A stretch of DNA of 64,000 bases from Bacteroidota bacterium (GTDB lineage: Bacteria; Bacteroidota; Bacteroidia; UKL13-3), in contig JBPXJS010000041.1 of the NCBI GenBank assembly GCA_051715425.1, positions 336,360 through 400,359 on the forward strand, read 5' to 3'. Positions 45,820 to 56,425 of the stretch are shown piece after piece. The position numbers were made by a program, and so were the translations under genes. The notes below the pieces were generated by a model that saw only the letters and a program-made list of their open reading frames with translations, was not told the DNA's origin and ran no database searches. Numbering within the stretch: the stretch's first letter is position 1; every line of letters begins with the position of its first letter.

Positions 45820-47091
45820 ATGAAATCGTTAACGCAACAATTAAAAGTAAAGGACAGGCTATTATCTGCTTACACCATAGCCGTTGTTTTTCCTGTGATT
45901 TATATTGGCACAAACTTTTCGTTGGTAATGTTCATTTTTTTATGGCAGTACATACATAATATCACTAAGGTTTCATTTAGCAGTGTTAGGCTGGAATCCA
46001 AACTGCTTATGGCTTTTGGTGTTGGTGTTGTTATCTCCATTTTTGATATATGGACCCTTGAACAAGGTACAGGTAGGATAACTAAAGCGTTTGCCGTAGT
46101 ACCTAATTACCTCTATTGGGCACTAACTATTGTTTTGTTTGTTACTAACTACAGGCTTATTAATTTCTCAGTTATTTATAAGAGTGTAACAATTTCAATA
46201 GTATGTGTAATTGCCTATTATTATGTACCGTTCTTTAAACCTCTGGAAGCTACGTTTCTTTTCAGGGGACTACCAGATAATATCTTTGCGTTTATATTAA
46301 TTGGTTTTACCCCTATTACACTCTCCTATATTAAAAATAAGTTTGGCATATTTGCCTTTTTCATTTCAGGGATTTCTCTCATGTTGTTTGCCTTTCTTGG
46401 CGGATCAAGATCGGGATCATTGCTTGTTTCCTTAAATTTTGCCATTCTCACCATATTTTACTTAAGAAACAGCCTGCTTATTTATTTCTCGTTTGCCATT
46501 GGTGCTATTCTTTTCCTTTCCTATCTAAGCTTTGAGGATGATATTAAACAAATGGTTAAGGCACTTAACCCGAGAACCTATGACCTTCTTTATGAAGAAA
46601 ACACCCTTGAACTGGATCATTCCTATTTAACGAGAGTAGCTATCCGGGAGAAAGGGCTCTCCTTATTTGAGAAAAGCCCCATCACAGGAGTTGGAATAAA
46701 TAATTTTGGCTCTCTTGAAGGAGAAATATCTTACAACTTCGTTGGAGGTGATATTGTGGCCAGGGATGATGAGCATATCCAACATGCAAGTGCTCACAAC
46801 TCCTACATTTCTATTCTTACTGAAACCGGCTTATTGGGTAGTATTCCATTGGCTATATTTATTCTTTACTCTTTAAGCAGATGTCTCAGAATGGGATTAA
46901 AAGGAGATGAGCAATCCTTTGTGCTTGCTATTGGACTGATAGGTATGCTTATCCATTTTAATTTTATTTCCGCCATTCTGAATATTTATACATGGTTCTA
47001 TTTTGGACTGGTAGCAGCCAACAATCAGCGTTTTAACCAAAAAAATGAAACTAGGAATACATTATCACATACCGCTGCTTCAGGCAGATGA
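45820..47091 (+). CDS. wzy: Wzy-type O-antigen/capsule repeat-unit polymerase (O-antigen ligase family).
   Basis: 423 aa, about 10-12 TM helices. Wzy_C-like motif SAHNSYISILTETGLLG in a periplasmic loop. Confidence 0.7.
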   Translation: MKSLTQQLKVKDRLLSAYTIAVVFPVIYIGTNFSLVMFIFLWQYIHNITKVSFSSVRLESKLLMAFGVGVVISIFDIWTLEQGTGRITKAFAVVPNYLYWALTIVLFVTNYRLINFSVIYKSVTISIVCVIAYYYVPFFKPLEATFLFRGLPDNIFAFILIGFTPITLSYIKNKFGIFAFFISGISLMLFAFLGGSRSGSLLVSLNFAILTIFYLRNSLLIYFSFAIGAILFLSYLSFEDDIKQMVKALNPRTYDLLYEENTLELDHSYLTRVAIREKGLSLFEKSPITGVGINNFGSLEGEISYNFVGGDIVARDDEHIQHASAHNSYISILTETGLLGSIPLAIFILYSLSRCLRMGLKGDEQSFVLAIGLIGMLIHFNFISAILNIYTWFYFGLVAANNQRFNQKNETRNTLSHTAASGR

Positions 47092-48244
47092 AAACCAATA
47101 CTTCACAGTAGGCTTTTTTGGTGTATTTCTGGACAGCCTTGCCAATGAGGTTGATGAACTTGTTTGTTTTCTTCATACTCCACTGCAAGGAGAAAAAGAA
47201 ACAATGGACTATCGTTTAAAAGCCAAAAATATAACATTTGTTGATTTAGGTCCACACGATGCATTATATTACAGACTTTTGCGATCAGTTGCTATAAAAC
47301 GAAAATGTGCACCCCAACTTAAAAATGTTGATGCACTATTAATAAGAACCCCTACCCCATTGGTTCAAACAATGGCCGGTGCTATTGAAAAGAGTAAGGT
47401 AACACTGTTACTGGTTGGTGACTATGAAGAAGGAAGTAAAACACTGGGCTTTGGGACATTGAAAAATTTTGTTCTGAGAAAATGGGGGCAATTTTATAAC
47501 AGACAACTTGAAAAGTTGATTTCCCGGGTAAACGTTCTGGCCAACAGCAATCACCTTCAGCAAAAATTCAGCTTATTTAATCCCCAAATAAGGGTTATTA
47601 CCACAACCACACTTTCAGAACAATCTTTTTATAAAAAAGAAACAACCTGCACAAACCCTGAAATTAAACTTCTTTATACCGGAAGAATTGATACCGGGAA
47701 AGGGATACTTGAAATGGCAGAATCGGTTGCCATATTGCGAAAAAAAGGCTACAATGTTTCACTTTCACTTGCCGGGTGGGATGATGACCGTGGTTTAAAA
47801 TCAACGCGAATGCTTGAGGAATTGGCAGCTAAGCTCGGTATCACCCCATATATCCATTTTCTGGGTAGAAAACAGATTGGAGAAGAGTTGAATGCTGTAT
47901 ACCGTGAGGCTGATATTTATCTGATGTGTTCTCAGGTTATCGAAGGTTTCCCCCGCACTATCTGGGAGGCAATGGCCAACTCTCTTCCTGTTATCGCCAC
48001 AAAAGTAGGTTCCATGCCACATTTTCTTTCTGATAAAGAAACAGCCTTGTTAATAGATCCTATGAAGGTTGACCAGCTGGTTGAAGCAATAGAACAATTG
48101 ATAGTCAATCCGGTCTTAAGAGCAAATTTAATCACCGGAGGATATCAACTTGCTAAACAAAATACATTGGAAAGTCAGGCTAAAAAAATGATTGAAGCAA
48201 TTACAAATCCCATCATCCTAAATGCTGCTAAACATTCTTCATAA
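47045..48244 (+). CDS. GT4-family glycosyltransferase (paralog of 52671-53834).
   Basis: EGFPRTIWEAMANSLPVIATKVGS. The N-terminus MKLGIHYHIP matches the paralog MKLAFYYHIP. Confidence 0.75.
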   Translation: MKLGIHYHIPLLQADENQYFTVGFFGVFLDSLANEVDELVCFLHTPLQGEKETMDYRLKAKNITFVDLGPHDALYYRLLRSVAIKRKCAPQLKNVDALLIRTPTPLVQTMAGAIEKSKVTLLLVGDYEEGSKTLGFGTLKNFVLRKWGQFYNRQLEKLISRVNVLANSNHLQQKFSLFNPQIRVITTTTLSEQSFYKKETTCTNPEIKLLYTGRIDTGKGILEMAESVAILRKKGYNVSLSLAGWDDDRGLKSTRMLEELAAKLGITPYIHFLGRKQIGEELNAVYREADIYLMCSQVIEGFPRTIWEAMANSLPVIATKVGSMPHFLSDKETALLIDPMKVDQLVEAIEQLIVNPVLRANLITGGYQLAKQNTLESQAKKMIEAITNPIILNAAKHSS

Positions 48245-49037
48245 AACAGGTTTTTTTAACCTTTGCCGGTCAGTTTATAAAAATAAAAGAAGCATTTCTA
48301 TTCTTCTGCATGGAACCTATGGGAAAACCTTCCGTGATATTCCTCATAAGTTGCATTTTGGAATGCATACGGATGACCTTGAAAAAATGATTTTATGGTT
48401 AAAGAAGGAGAATATTCCCTTAATATCAACCACTGAATTACTTGCCGGTAAACCAGGTCTCAATATCAGTCTTGATGATGGGTATGCAAATAACTATGAA
48501 TATGGACTTAAGGTTTTTGAAAAAATGGAATCCCCATTTACCATTTTTGTTACTACCAGACATATCATTGAAAATGACCGCTGTGATATTCTTGACTACT
48601 TTACAGAAATAATACAAGAACAAAAAATAGCTGTTTCTGACGAAGCGGGCTATGAACTTTTCTGGGGTTTAACTCCGGATCAGGTTAAAAAACTGAGTGT
48701 GCATCCCTTAGCTGAATTGGGCTGCCATACACATAACCACCCGCATCTGAATCTGTGTTCAGAAAATGATATAAATAATGAAATTAGTTTATCTTCTGAC
48801 ATATTGAAAAATTTAACAGGTGAACAGCCAAAAACTTTTTCATATCCCTTTGGAGATTATGACCAGCGGACAATCAACAGTGTTATTAAAAAGGGATTTA
48901 TTGCTGCCTTTGCGGTAAAACCATCACTCAGGAACAATACACTCTTTGAACTGCCAAGAATAGGTATATACAATAACTCACCCGCTTACTTGTCTGCAAA
49001 ACTCAATTTCATATATCACTCTATCAGATGCGCATAA
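48222..49037 (+). CDS. Polysaccharide deacetylase (NodB/CE4 family).
   Basis: ISLDDGYANN (NodB motif 1). GCHTHNHPHL and FSYPFGD motifs. Confidence 0.65.
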   Translation: MLLNILHKTGFFNLCRSVYKNKRSISILLHGTYGKTFRDIPHKLHFGMHTDDLEKMILWLKKENIPLISTTELLAGKPGLNISLDDGYANNYEYGLKVFEKMESPFTIFVTTRHIIENDRCDILDYFTEIIQEQKIAVSDEAGYELFWGLTPDQVKKLSVHPLAELGCHTHNHPHLNLCSENDINNEISLSSDILKNLTGEQPKTFSYPFGDYDQRTINSVIKKGFIAAFAVKPSLRNNTLFELPRIGIYNNSPAYLSAKLNFIYHSIRCA

Positions 49038-49825
49038 CCATCTATACTTCACTTCAAACTGACTGGCTGGCATTGCACCAGATCAACTCCATTAAAAAAG
49101 AGTTTGAAAACGTAACAGTAGTTGCAGTGAACCGCTCTGAAAAAGAGTTTCTACAGGAACGGATTCAGACACAAAAAAAATTAATAAAAAAAAGGGGACT
49201 CATTTGGTTCATTAAGAAAAGAGTCGATAATTATTTTCTGCGCCCATGCTCTTCTGATTGGAACAGGCATCTTGAGGAACAAAAACAGATACAAAAAGCA
49301 CTACTTAAGACAGAGGAAATACCTTATGACCACATTGTTTCATCTGTTAATGGGAAAAACAGCGCACAAACAATATTGGATACAGAACCTGACCTCTTAA
49401 TTCAGGCAGGCGCAGGAATACTGAAATCTAATATTTTTAATATACCAGCCATTTGCACGCTAAATGTGCATGGTGCTATAGCTCCCCGTTTAAGAGGAGG
49501 AAGCTCCATTTTCTGGTCTTACTATTTTGGACGACCAGACTGGCTTGGGGTAACAGTGCATCAAATTGATAAAGGAATTGATACCGGTGCGGTTTATAAA
49601 AGGCAGACATTATCTTATACACCAGGAATTCACCCGGCTGGTAAGTTGGTAGAATCTGCTATTACCGGAACAGATTTGTTATGTTCTGTAATTGGTCAAA
49701 TTCAGAAAAGAGATATTATTGCACAAAAAATAGAAGAAGAAAGTACATACCTTGGGTTTTACAACTCAAAACAATACAATAGCTTAAAAAACAATAACTG
49801 GTACCCGATTAAAACAACTAAATAA
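49028..49825 (+). CDS. Formyltransferase-domain protein (short form).
   Basis: NVHGAIAPRLRGGSSIFWS and VTVHQIDKGIDTGAVY. Confidence 0.65.
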   Translation: MRITIYTSLQTDWLALHQINSIKKEFENVTVVAVNRSEKEFLQERIQTQKKLIKKRGLIWFIKKRVDNYFLRPCSSDWNRHLEEQKQIQKALLKTEEIPYDHIVSSVNGKNSAQTILDTEPDLLIQAGAGILKSNIFNIPAICTLNVHGAIAPRLRGGSSIFWSYYFGRPDWLGVTVHQIDKGIDTGAVYKRQTLSYTPGIHPAGKLVESAITGTDLLCSVIGQIQKRDIIAQKIEEESTYLGFYNSKQYNSLKNNNWYPIKTTK

Positions 49826-51636
49826 TGTCAATCATCTTAGGAATTAACTTTAGTCACGACTGTTCCGTATCCCTGCTGAAAAACGGAAAAGTTCTGGCAT
49901 CCATTGAGGAAGAAAAAACTAGTCGTATCAAACAGGATTTCGGCTGGCCCAAAACAGCAGTAGAAAGATTGCTTAAAGAGCATCATATTAAACCAGAAGA
50001 GGTAAACACCATTGCGTTTGGCAGTAAGTTCTTTTTAAGCATCAGCAAGAACGAAGTAAAATACCGTTTTAATAAAACGCAGTTAAACAGAAATGGCGAA
50101 ATATTAAACCGCATTACTTCTTTTCTGGGTTTTACCGATTCAAATTTTACTGATAAAAATACAGACACATTTGAAGAGGAGTTGAAAAAAGAAGGATTTA
50201 TTCATGCGAAAGTTCAATTTTTTAACCATCACCTTGCTCATGCTGCAAGTGCGTGGTATGCCGCTCCATTTGAGTGCGATCTCGTATTTACTGCAGATGG
50301 TCATGGCGATGGGGAATCAATCACATTTTATGAACCTGATTCCGTAGAAGGATTAAAACTGCTGCAATCATTTGGTCACGAAGTTTCTGTAGGTCAATTC
50401 TACAGCGGAATTACCAAACTGCTTGGTTTCAGACCCACAAGGCATGAAGGAAAGATTACAGGATTAGCCGCTTATGGTAAGCCCGGTGAATTACTGGAAA
50501 AGTTCAGGGGAGCATTTCATTTCGAAAATGGAATACTCACCCGGTTTCCTTTTAATGAATCTGAAACATTGTGGAAACAATATAATCTTGATAGTAACCT
50601 TGATCTGAAAACGAAAGTTAACTTTCAGTCTGAATCAGCTGTTGGTCAGCAATACGCTAAAAATGCATGGATACTTGATGCATGGCTGAAAGAAGTAACA
50701 GCAGGATACAGCAAAGAAGATATAGCATATGCCTGTCAGAAAGTAACAGAAGAAGTAATGGTGCAATTGATGGATTATGCCATTCACAAATTTAAAGGTG
50801 GCAAAAAAATCAAACTTGGTCTTGCAGGCGGGGTATTTGCTAATGTAAGGGTCAATCAGCTCCTGTTCGAACACCCTTTGGTAGAAAATGTTTTTGTTCA
50901 ACCCGCAATGGGAGATTCGGGTTTATCTATTGGGGCTGTTTATCTGGCCGATATTGAGGATCATAAAAATAAGCTTACAAACCAATATCGTTTTACTCAT
51001 ACTTATCTTGGACCAGACTATACCAATGATCTGGAAACCTTTTTAAACAACATTGATAAAGATAAATACATTGTAGAAGATATGGGAAATGAAGCACCTA
51101 AAAGGGTTGCCAAATTAATGCAGGATAATACCATAGTAGGCTTTTGGCACGGCAGTATGGAATGGGGCCCCCGTGCCCTTGGAAAACGTTCTATGATCCT
51201 CAATACGTTTGTTAGAAGCGTGAACGACACCCTCAATCAACGATTAAACCGTACTGAATTTATGCCATTTGCTCCTTCAGTTATTGATTATATGGTAAAA
51301 ACATATATGCCTAAATATGAGGAAAAGGATATTGCTGCCGATTACATGACAATAACCTACGATGTTGATCCTAAATATCACGACCAGTTGCAGGCCGTGG
51401 TTCATGTAGACGGAACAGCCCGACCACAAGTGGTAAAAAAAGAAACCAATCCCTATTATTATGCTATAATAGATGAGTTTTATAAACTGACCGGATGCGG
51501 GGCGATTGTAAATACAAGTTTCAATGTTCATGAAGAGCCCATTGTATCATCTCCTGAATCAGCCTTCAGGGCTCTTGTTGATCATCGGATTGATGCGCTT
51601 GTTCTTGACCAATTTCTCATCGTACATAAAAAATGA
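49825..51636 (+). CDS. NodU/CmcH-family carbamoyltransferase (Kae1/HypF-like fold), O-carbamoyltransferase.
   Basis: 603 aa. MSIILGINFSHDCSVSLL N-terminus. NHHLAHAASAWY (H-x-H-x-H metal site). C-terminal GCGAIVNTSFNVHEEPIV is the NodU carbamoyl-AMP domain. Confidence 0.8.
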   Translation: MSIILGINFSHDCSVSLLKNGKVLASIEEEKTSRIKQDFGWPKTAVERLLKEHHIKPEEVNTIAFGSKFFLSISKNEVKYRFNKTQLNRNGEILNRITSFLGFTDSNFTDKNTDTFEEELKKEGFIHAKVQFFNHHLAHAASAWYAAPFECDLVFTADGHGDGESITFYEPDSVEGLKLLQSFGHEVSVGQFYSGITKLLGFRPTRHEGKITGLAAYGKPGELLEKFRGAFHFENGILTRFPFNESETLWKQYNLDSNLDLKTKVNFQSESAVGQQYAKNAWILDAWLKEVTAGYSKEDIAYACQKVTEEVMVQLMDYAIHKFKGGKKIKLGLAGGVFANVRVNQLLFEHPLVENVFVQPAMGDSGLSIGAVYLADIEDHKNKLTNQYRFTHTYLGPDYTNDLETFLNNIDKDKYIVEDMGNEAPKRVAKLMQDNTIVGFWHGSMEWGPRALGKRSMILNTFVRSVNDTLNQRLNRTEFMPFAPSVIDYMVKTYMPKYEEKDIAADYMTITYDVDPKYHDQLQAVVHVDGTARPQVVKKETNPYYYAIIDEFYKLTGCGAIVNTSFNVHEEPIVSSPESAFRALVDHRIDALVLDQFLIVHKK

Positions 51637-52661
51637 CATCTCAGGTACTGTTTATCGGTACTTTCATTTCTTCAACATCAGGAAGTAAAGGCCCCTCGGA
51701 AAGTATTTCAGAAAAGCTGAGTGAAATGGGGCATTTGGTGGGCACTGTTTCCGGAAAAAAAAGCCCGATAGTGCGCTTTCTGGACACCACTTTTCACATT
51801 ATAAACAGGTCATACAGCATAGCCTTTGTTGATGTTTACAGCAGCAGAACTTTGTACCTCACCTATTTTTACACCTTATTGCTTCGATTAAAAGGGATTC
51901 CTTATATTTCCATTCTCCACGGTGGTGCCCTTGAAGAAAAGTATGATACCATACACAACTTCTTAAACCCTTTATTGCTAAGAAGCAAGCATATTATCAC
52001 ACCTTCAGTTTTCCTTCAATCTTTTTTTACAAAAAAGGGCTTTGAAGTGCAACATTTACCAAATCCGCTAAATCAAGATTTGTTTCCTTATAAAGAACGA
52101 TCCGGTATTCCTTCAATGAATGTGAAGCTGCTTTGGGTTAGGGCATTTAGTGAAATTTACCAGCCAGAACTTGCTATTTATACTTTGCTTCATTTGCGAC
52201 AGCGGGGGTACAAGGCAAGCCTCACGATGGTTGGGCCCGATAAAGGCAAATTAAAAGAATGCCAGTTTCTGGCAGAAAAAAACCAGCTTTTACCTTTTAT
52301 TTCTTTTACCGGCCCGGTGGATAATTCCAAACTTTATACATATTACCATACACACGATATCCTACTTAACACAACAAAGTATGAAAGTTTCGGAATGGCT
52401 GTGGCAGAAGCCGCCTCTTGTGGATTACCAGTTGTAAGTAATGCTGTTGGAGAGATTAAAGCTGCATGGAAACATGAGCATGACATTATTCTGGCTAATG
52501 AAAACGATTTCGCTGATAAAGTTTCGTTATTGATTGAAAACAGCAAGCTATATACTAAAATCTCTCAGGAAGCTTACCATCATGCAAAGCTATTCTACCG
52601 GGATAATATAATACCCCAATGGTTGAAGCTTATTCATACCATAAGCAAAAAAACTGCTTAG
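51633..52661 (+). CDS. GT4-family glycosyltransferase.
   Basis: ESFGMAVAEAASCGLPVVSNAVGE (E-x7-E). Confidence 0.7.
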   Translation: MTSQVLFIGTFISSTSGSKGPSESISEKLSEMGHLVGTVSGKKSPIVRFLDTTFHIINRSYSIAFVDVYSSRTLYLTYFYTLLLRLKGIPYISILHGGALEEKYDTIHNFLNPLLLRSKHIITPSVFLQSFFTKKGFEVQHLPNPLNQDLFPYKERSGIPSMNVKLLWVRAFSEIYQPELAIYTLLHLRQRGYKASLTMVGPDKGKLKECQFLAEKNQLLPFISFTGPVDNSKLYTYYHTHDILLNTTKYESFGMAVAEAASCGLPVVSNAVGEIKAAWKHEHDIILANENDFADKVSLLIENSKLYTKISQEAYHHAKLFYRDNIIPQWLKLIHTISKKTA

Positions 52662-52670
52662 CCTTTTATA

Positions 52671-53834
52671 TTGAAGTTAGCCTTTTACTACCACATACCA
52701 GCATCACTTAAACCGGATGGAATATATTTCCCATCCTATTTCGGTGTATTTATTGATGCATTGGCAAATGAATGCAGCGGTTTGGTTCTACTGGTTCATG
52801 AGGCTACTCCCTTTGAAAGTGGATCAAATGACTACAGGCTAAAATCAACTCATATTACCCTGATTAATCTGGGCATAACAACACCAGCCTGGCACCGTGC
52901 TTTGTTTCACAGGAATATCATGAAAAAGGCTAAGCAAACATTAAGCACTTGCGATTCCATGATAGTAAGATGCCCTTGCGCATTGGCTCCGTTTATGCAT
53001 CATTATATGCCTGCGGAAAAAATCTGGTTTATGGCCGTAGGTGATTACCGGGAAGCAGCTAAACACTGGAAAACGCCAACTTTAAGGGATAATGCCATTA
53101 AAGTTTATCTCCTCATTAATGATTACCTGTTTAGAAAAAGGCTGCCATACAGTAACCTGCTTGTTAACTCAAAGCTATTGTTTGACAAGTACAGCAAACT
53201 TGCAAAAAAAATTGACCAGATAAGCACCACAACCCTTTCCTCTTCTGATTTCTATGATAGAACAGATACCTGCACCCGACATGAAACAACATTGTTGTAT
53301 ACCGGCAGAATTGACCGGGCAAAAGGGCTGTTTGAACTGGTAGAGGCTGTTTCTATACTTAGAAATGATGGGATGCCGGTAAGACTGAATATTGCCGGCT
53401 GGGAATTGAAAGAGGGAAATGAAACCGAGAAGGAACTCAGATTATTTGCTTCAACATGCGGTGTAGCTAACCATATCCATTTTCTTGGTAAACTAAGTTC
53501 CGGAACCGAACTTAATCAGGCATACCGTGGGGCAGATATTTATGTTATCCCCTCCTATCACGAAGGATTTCCAAGAACCATCTGGGAAGCGTTTGCCAAT
53601 AGTTTACCCGTTATCACCACTTCTGTTGGAGGTATTCCTGATGTACTCACTCATCTTAAACATGCTTACCTTATTCCCCCGCGTGATACCCGGGCAATAG
53701 TAACTGCAGTTAAATATGTTACCGGCAATCAAGCGTGTCGTAAACTTTTAATAAAAGAAGGAAAATTACTTGCAGCACAAAATACCCTTGAGATTCAAAC
53801 CAACAAACTGGTTCAATGTATTTCAAACCCTTAG
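52671..53834 (+). CDS. GT4-family glycosyltransferase (paralog of 47045-48244).
   Basis: EGFPRTIWEAFANSLPVITTSVGG. Confidence 0.75.
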   Translation: MKLAFYYHIPASLKPDGIYFPSYFGVFIDALANECSGLVLLVHEATPFESGSNDYRLKSTHITLINLGITTPAWHRALFHRNIMKKAKQTLSTCDSMIVRCPCALAPFMHHYMPAEKIWFMAVGDYREAAKHWKTPTLRDNAIKVYLLINDYLFRKRLPYSNLLVNSKLLFDKYSKLAKKIDQISTTTLSSSDFYDRTDTCTRHETTLLYTGRIDRAKGLFELVEAVSILRNDGMPVRLNIAGWELKEGNETEKELRLFASTCGVANHIHFLGKLSSGTELNQAYRGADIYVIPSYHEGFPRTIWEAFANSLPVITTSVGGIPDVLTHLKHAYLIPPRDTRAIVTAVKYVTGNQACRKLLIKEGKLLAAQNTLEIQTNKLVQCISNP

Positions 53835-53903
53835 TACAATTTAAAGGAACATCTCTCTAAATCATCACAATATCCGTAAGAAATCATTTGGATTTCTATA
53901 TTT

Positions 53904-55022
53904 ATGAACACCATTTCAATGTCGCACAAAAACAAAATAAACTTTAATACCGATAAAAAAATATTATACCTGCTTCCTACCCCATCAATGAAAGGAGGAA
54001 TGACAGCAATAACACAAATGTGGTACGATGTAGGACTATTTGAATCCGGCAAAACAAAACATTTTGATACCAACTTTTTCTGGGGACGTAACGTTTTTGT
54101 GAGGTTAATGGAATCGTTTGTCCTGAAAATAAAATTCATATATGTACTTCTGCAATTTAAGCCTTACGCCATCTATGTAATCGCATCACCTTATTGGGGA
54201 TTTTACGATAAAATTTGCTATTGTGCCATTGCCAGGGTTTTCTCCGTTAAATCTATTTTTAATAACGTAAGTGCGCGTTTTATTACGTTTCACGAATCCA
54301 CTTTTTTTAACAGAGCGCTTTCAAAATGGTGTATAAAAATTCCAGATGCCCTTGTGGTTGGTTCGCCTTATTGGTACAATTACTTTAATAAACATTTCCC
54401 AAATGCAAAGGTGGTTGAAATTCCCAATCCGGTAACCTCAAATGAATTCATTAGTCGTCCCAAAACAGCGGAAAAATCAAATGGCAAAATCAAAGTAGTT
54501 ACAGCATCCCGGATTACCAAAGAAAAGGGGATATTTGAATTGATACAGGTGGTAAAAATGGTATGTGCTAAAAGTGACCGGTTTGAATTCACCATTATGG
54601 GTGAAGGCCCTGAACTGGATAATATGAGAAAAGAATTGGCCGAGTATGTCTCTTCCGGTTATGTAAAGATTAAAGGCTTTATTATAGGAGAAGAAAAAAT
54701 TAAAACAATCACAGATGCCGATATTTATCTGCTGCTTACACATTTTGACCTGATGCCCATCTCCATACTTGAAGCAATGTCTGCAGGCCTTCCTGTCTTT
54801 ACAACTAAAGTTGGCGGGGTTGATGATATGATTCAAGAAAATGAAACAGGGCATCTTTTTTCTGTAAAAGAAATTAACGAAGTGGCAGATAAACTCCTGT
54901 CTTACCAGTGCAAAAGAGAAAAGCTAATTGAAATGGGGCTGAAAGGACGAAAAAAAGTTCTTGAAAAATATGATATTGAAGTAATCGCTAACCAGCATAT
55001 TCATCTTGTAAATAGCATTTAA
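53904..55022 (+). CDS. GT4-family glycosyltransferase.
   Basis: LMPISILEAMSAGLPVFTTKVGG. Confidence 0.75.
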   Translation: MNTISMSHKNKINFNTDKKILYLLPTPSMKGGMTAITQMWYDVGLFESGKTKHFDTNFFWGRNVFVRLMESFVLKIKFIYVLLQFKPYAIYVIASPYWGFYDKICYCAIARVFSVKSIFNNVSARFITFHESTFFNRALSKWCIKIPDALVVGSPYWYNYFNKHFPNAKVVEIPNPVTSNEFISRPKTAEKSNGKIKVVTASRITKEKGIFELIQVVKMVCAKSDRFEFTIMGEGPELDNMRKELAEYVSSGYVKIKGFIIGEEKIKTITDADIYLLLTHFDLMPISILEAMSAGLPVFTTKVGGVDDMIQENETGHLFSVKEINEVADKLLSYQCKREKLIEMGLKGRKKVLEKYDIEVIANQHIHLVNSI

Positions 55023-55024
55023 CA

Positions 55025-56425
55025 ATGGCCTTAACAGATATTATATATAAATACCTTCCTGTTAGTCTTCAGAATTATGCCATTTCCCTGTATGGCTACA
55101 AGTGGCAGAAAAGACGTTTTGGAGGTATATTCGAAAAGGAACTGACAGGCTTTAAAACGCGGGAAAAATACACCCCTGAGCAATGGGAAGCGTATCAGAA
55201 TACAGAACTCAGAAAAATATTGACCCACGCTTTTTCCCATGTACCATTTTACAGGAAAAAATTCACCGATTCGGGCTTTACCCTGCATGACCTTGTAAAC
55301 TTTACCTTATCAGACTTAAGTCATTTGCCCTATCTGGAGAAAGATGAGTTAAGAACATTTGGAACCACAGATCTGATTGCATCAACAAAGGAACCCGGAG
55401 GAGACTTTTTTGCCAGCAGCGGAAGTACCGGAACGCCCACACAAATTCTTATTTCTCCACGGATGCATCAGGCATGGAGCGCGGGATTTGAAGCACGCAT
55501 CAGGCACTGGGCAGGAGTAAACAGGAAAACCCCTCGCGGAACTATTGGTGGCAGAAGAATTATAAAAGACGGAGACGCAAAAGGGCCATTCTACAGATAT
55601 AATCTGGTTGAAAAGCAGGTCTATTTTTCAGCATACCATATTTCCCCAAAAACAGTAGCCAACTATGTAGACGGTATGTTTAAACATCGGATCGAATACA
55701 TGACAGGTTATGCCATGAGCAACTATTTTCTTGCACGTTTTATTGAAGAGGCAGGAATCAAAGCTCCACAACTCAAGGCCGTTATTACCTCGAGTGAAAA
55801 ATTAACTCCCGAAATGAGGGAAACTTTCCGAAGGGTGTATGGCTGCCCTACCTTTGACTCCTATAGCGGTGTTGAAGACTGCGGCATGATAACCGAATGT
55901 GAATCCGGAAGTTTGCATATAAGTCCGGATCTGGGAATAATAGAAATTCTAAATGAACAGGGAAAACCTGTAAATCCTGGTGAAGAAGGTGAAGCAGTTT
56001 GCACAGGTACACTTAATTATGACCAACCTTTAATACGCTACAGAATAGGTGATATGCTTCGGCTAAGCAAGAATCAGAATTGCCCATGTGGCAGGCAAAT
56101 GCCGGTAATTGATGAAATAATAGGTAGAATTGAAGATACCGTGGTGGGTAAGGATGGGCGCGAGATGGTGCGGTTTCATGGCATATTTATCAACATTCCT
56201 GAGATTATTGAAGCTCAGTTGATTCAACATACATTAGAGATGTTTGAAATAAAATTGGTAACATCGCAGCAGCTTAACCCGGATCAATTAAGCCTTATCC
56301 AAAGCCGCATGGAAAGCCAGCTGGGTAAGATTAACCTTGAAATTAATGAAGTAGAGAGCATACCCAGAAACCAAAACGGAAAATTTAAAGCCGTTATCTC
56401 TAAAGTAAAAAGAAATACCATATGA
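55025..56425 (+). CDS. Phenylacetate-CoA ligase / CapK-family adenylate-forming enzyme.
   Basis: FASSGSTGTPTQ (adenylation P-loop-like core) and YLEKDELR. 466 aa. Confidence 0.7.
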   Translation: MALTDIIYKYLPVSLQNYAISLYGYKWQKRRFGGIFEKELTGFKTREKYTPEQWEAYQNTELRKILTHAFSHVPFYRKKFTDSGFTLHDLVNFTLSDLSHLPYLEKDELRTFGTTDLIASTKEPGGDFFASSGSTGTPTQILISPRMHQAWSAGFEARIRHWAGVNRKTPRGTIGGRRIIKDGDAKGPFYRYNLVEKQVYFSAYHISPKTVANYVDGMFKHRIEYMTGYAMSNYFLARFIEEAGIKAPQLKAVITSSEKLTPEMRETFRRVYGCPTFDSYSGVEDCGMITECESGSLHISPDLGIIEILNEQGKPVNPGEEGEAVCTGTLNYDQPLIRYRIGDMLRLSKNQNCPCGRQMPVIDEIIGRIEDTVVGKDGREMVRFHGIFINIPEIIEAQLIQHTLEMFEIKLVTSQQLNPDQLSLIQSRMESQLGKINLEINEVESIPRNQNGKFKAVISKVKRNTI

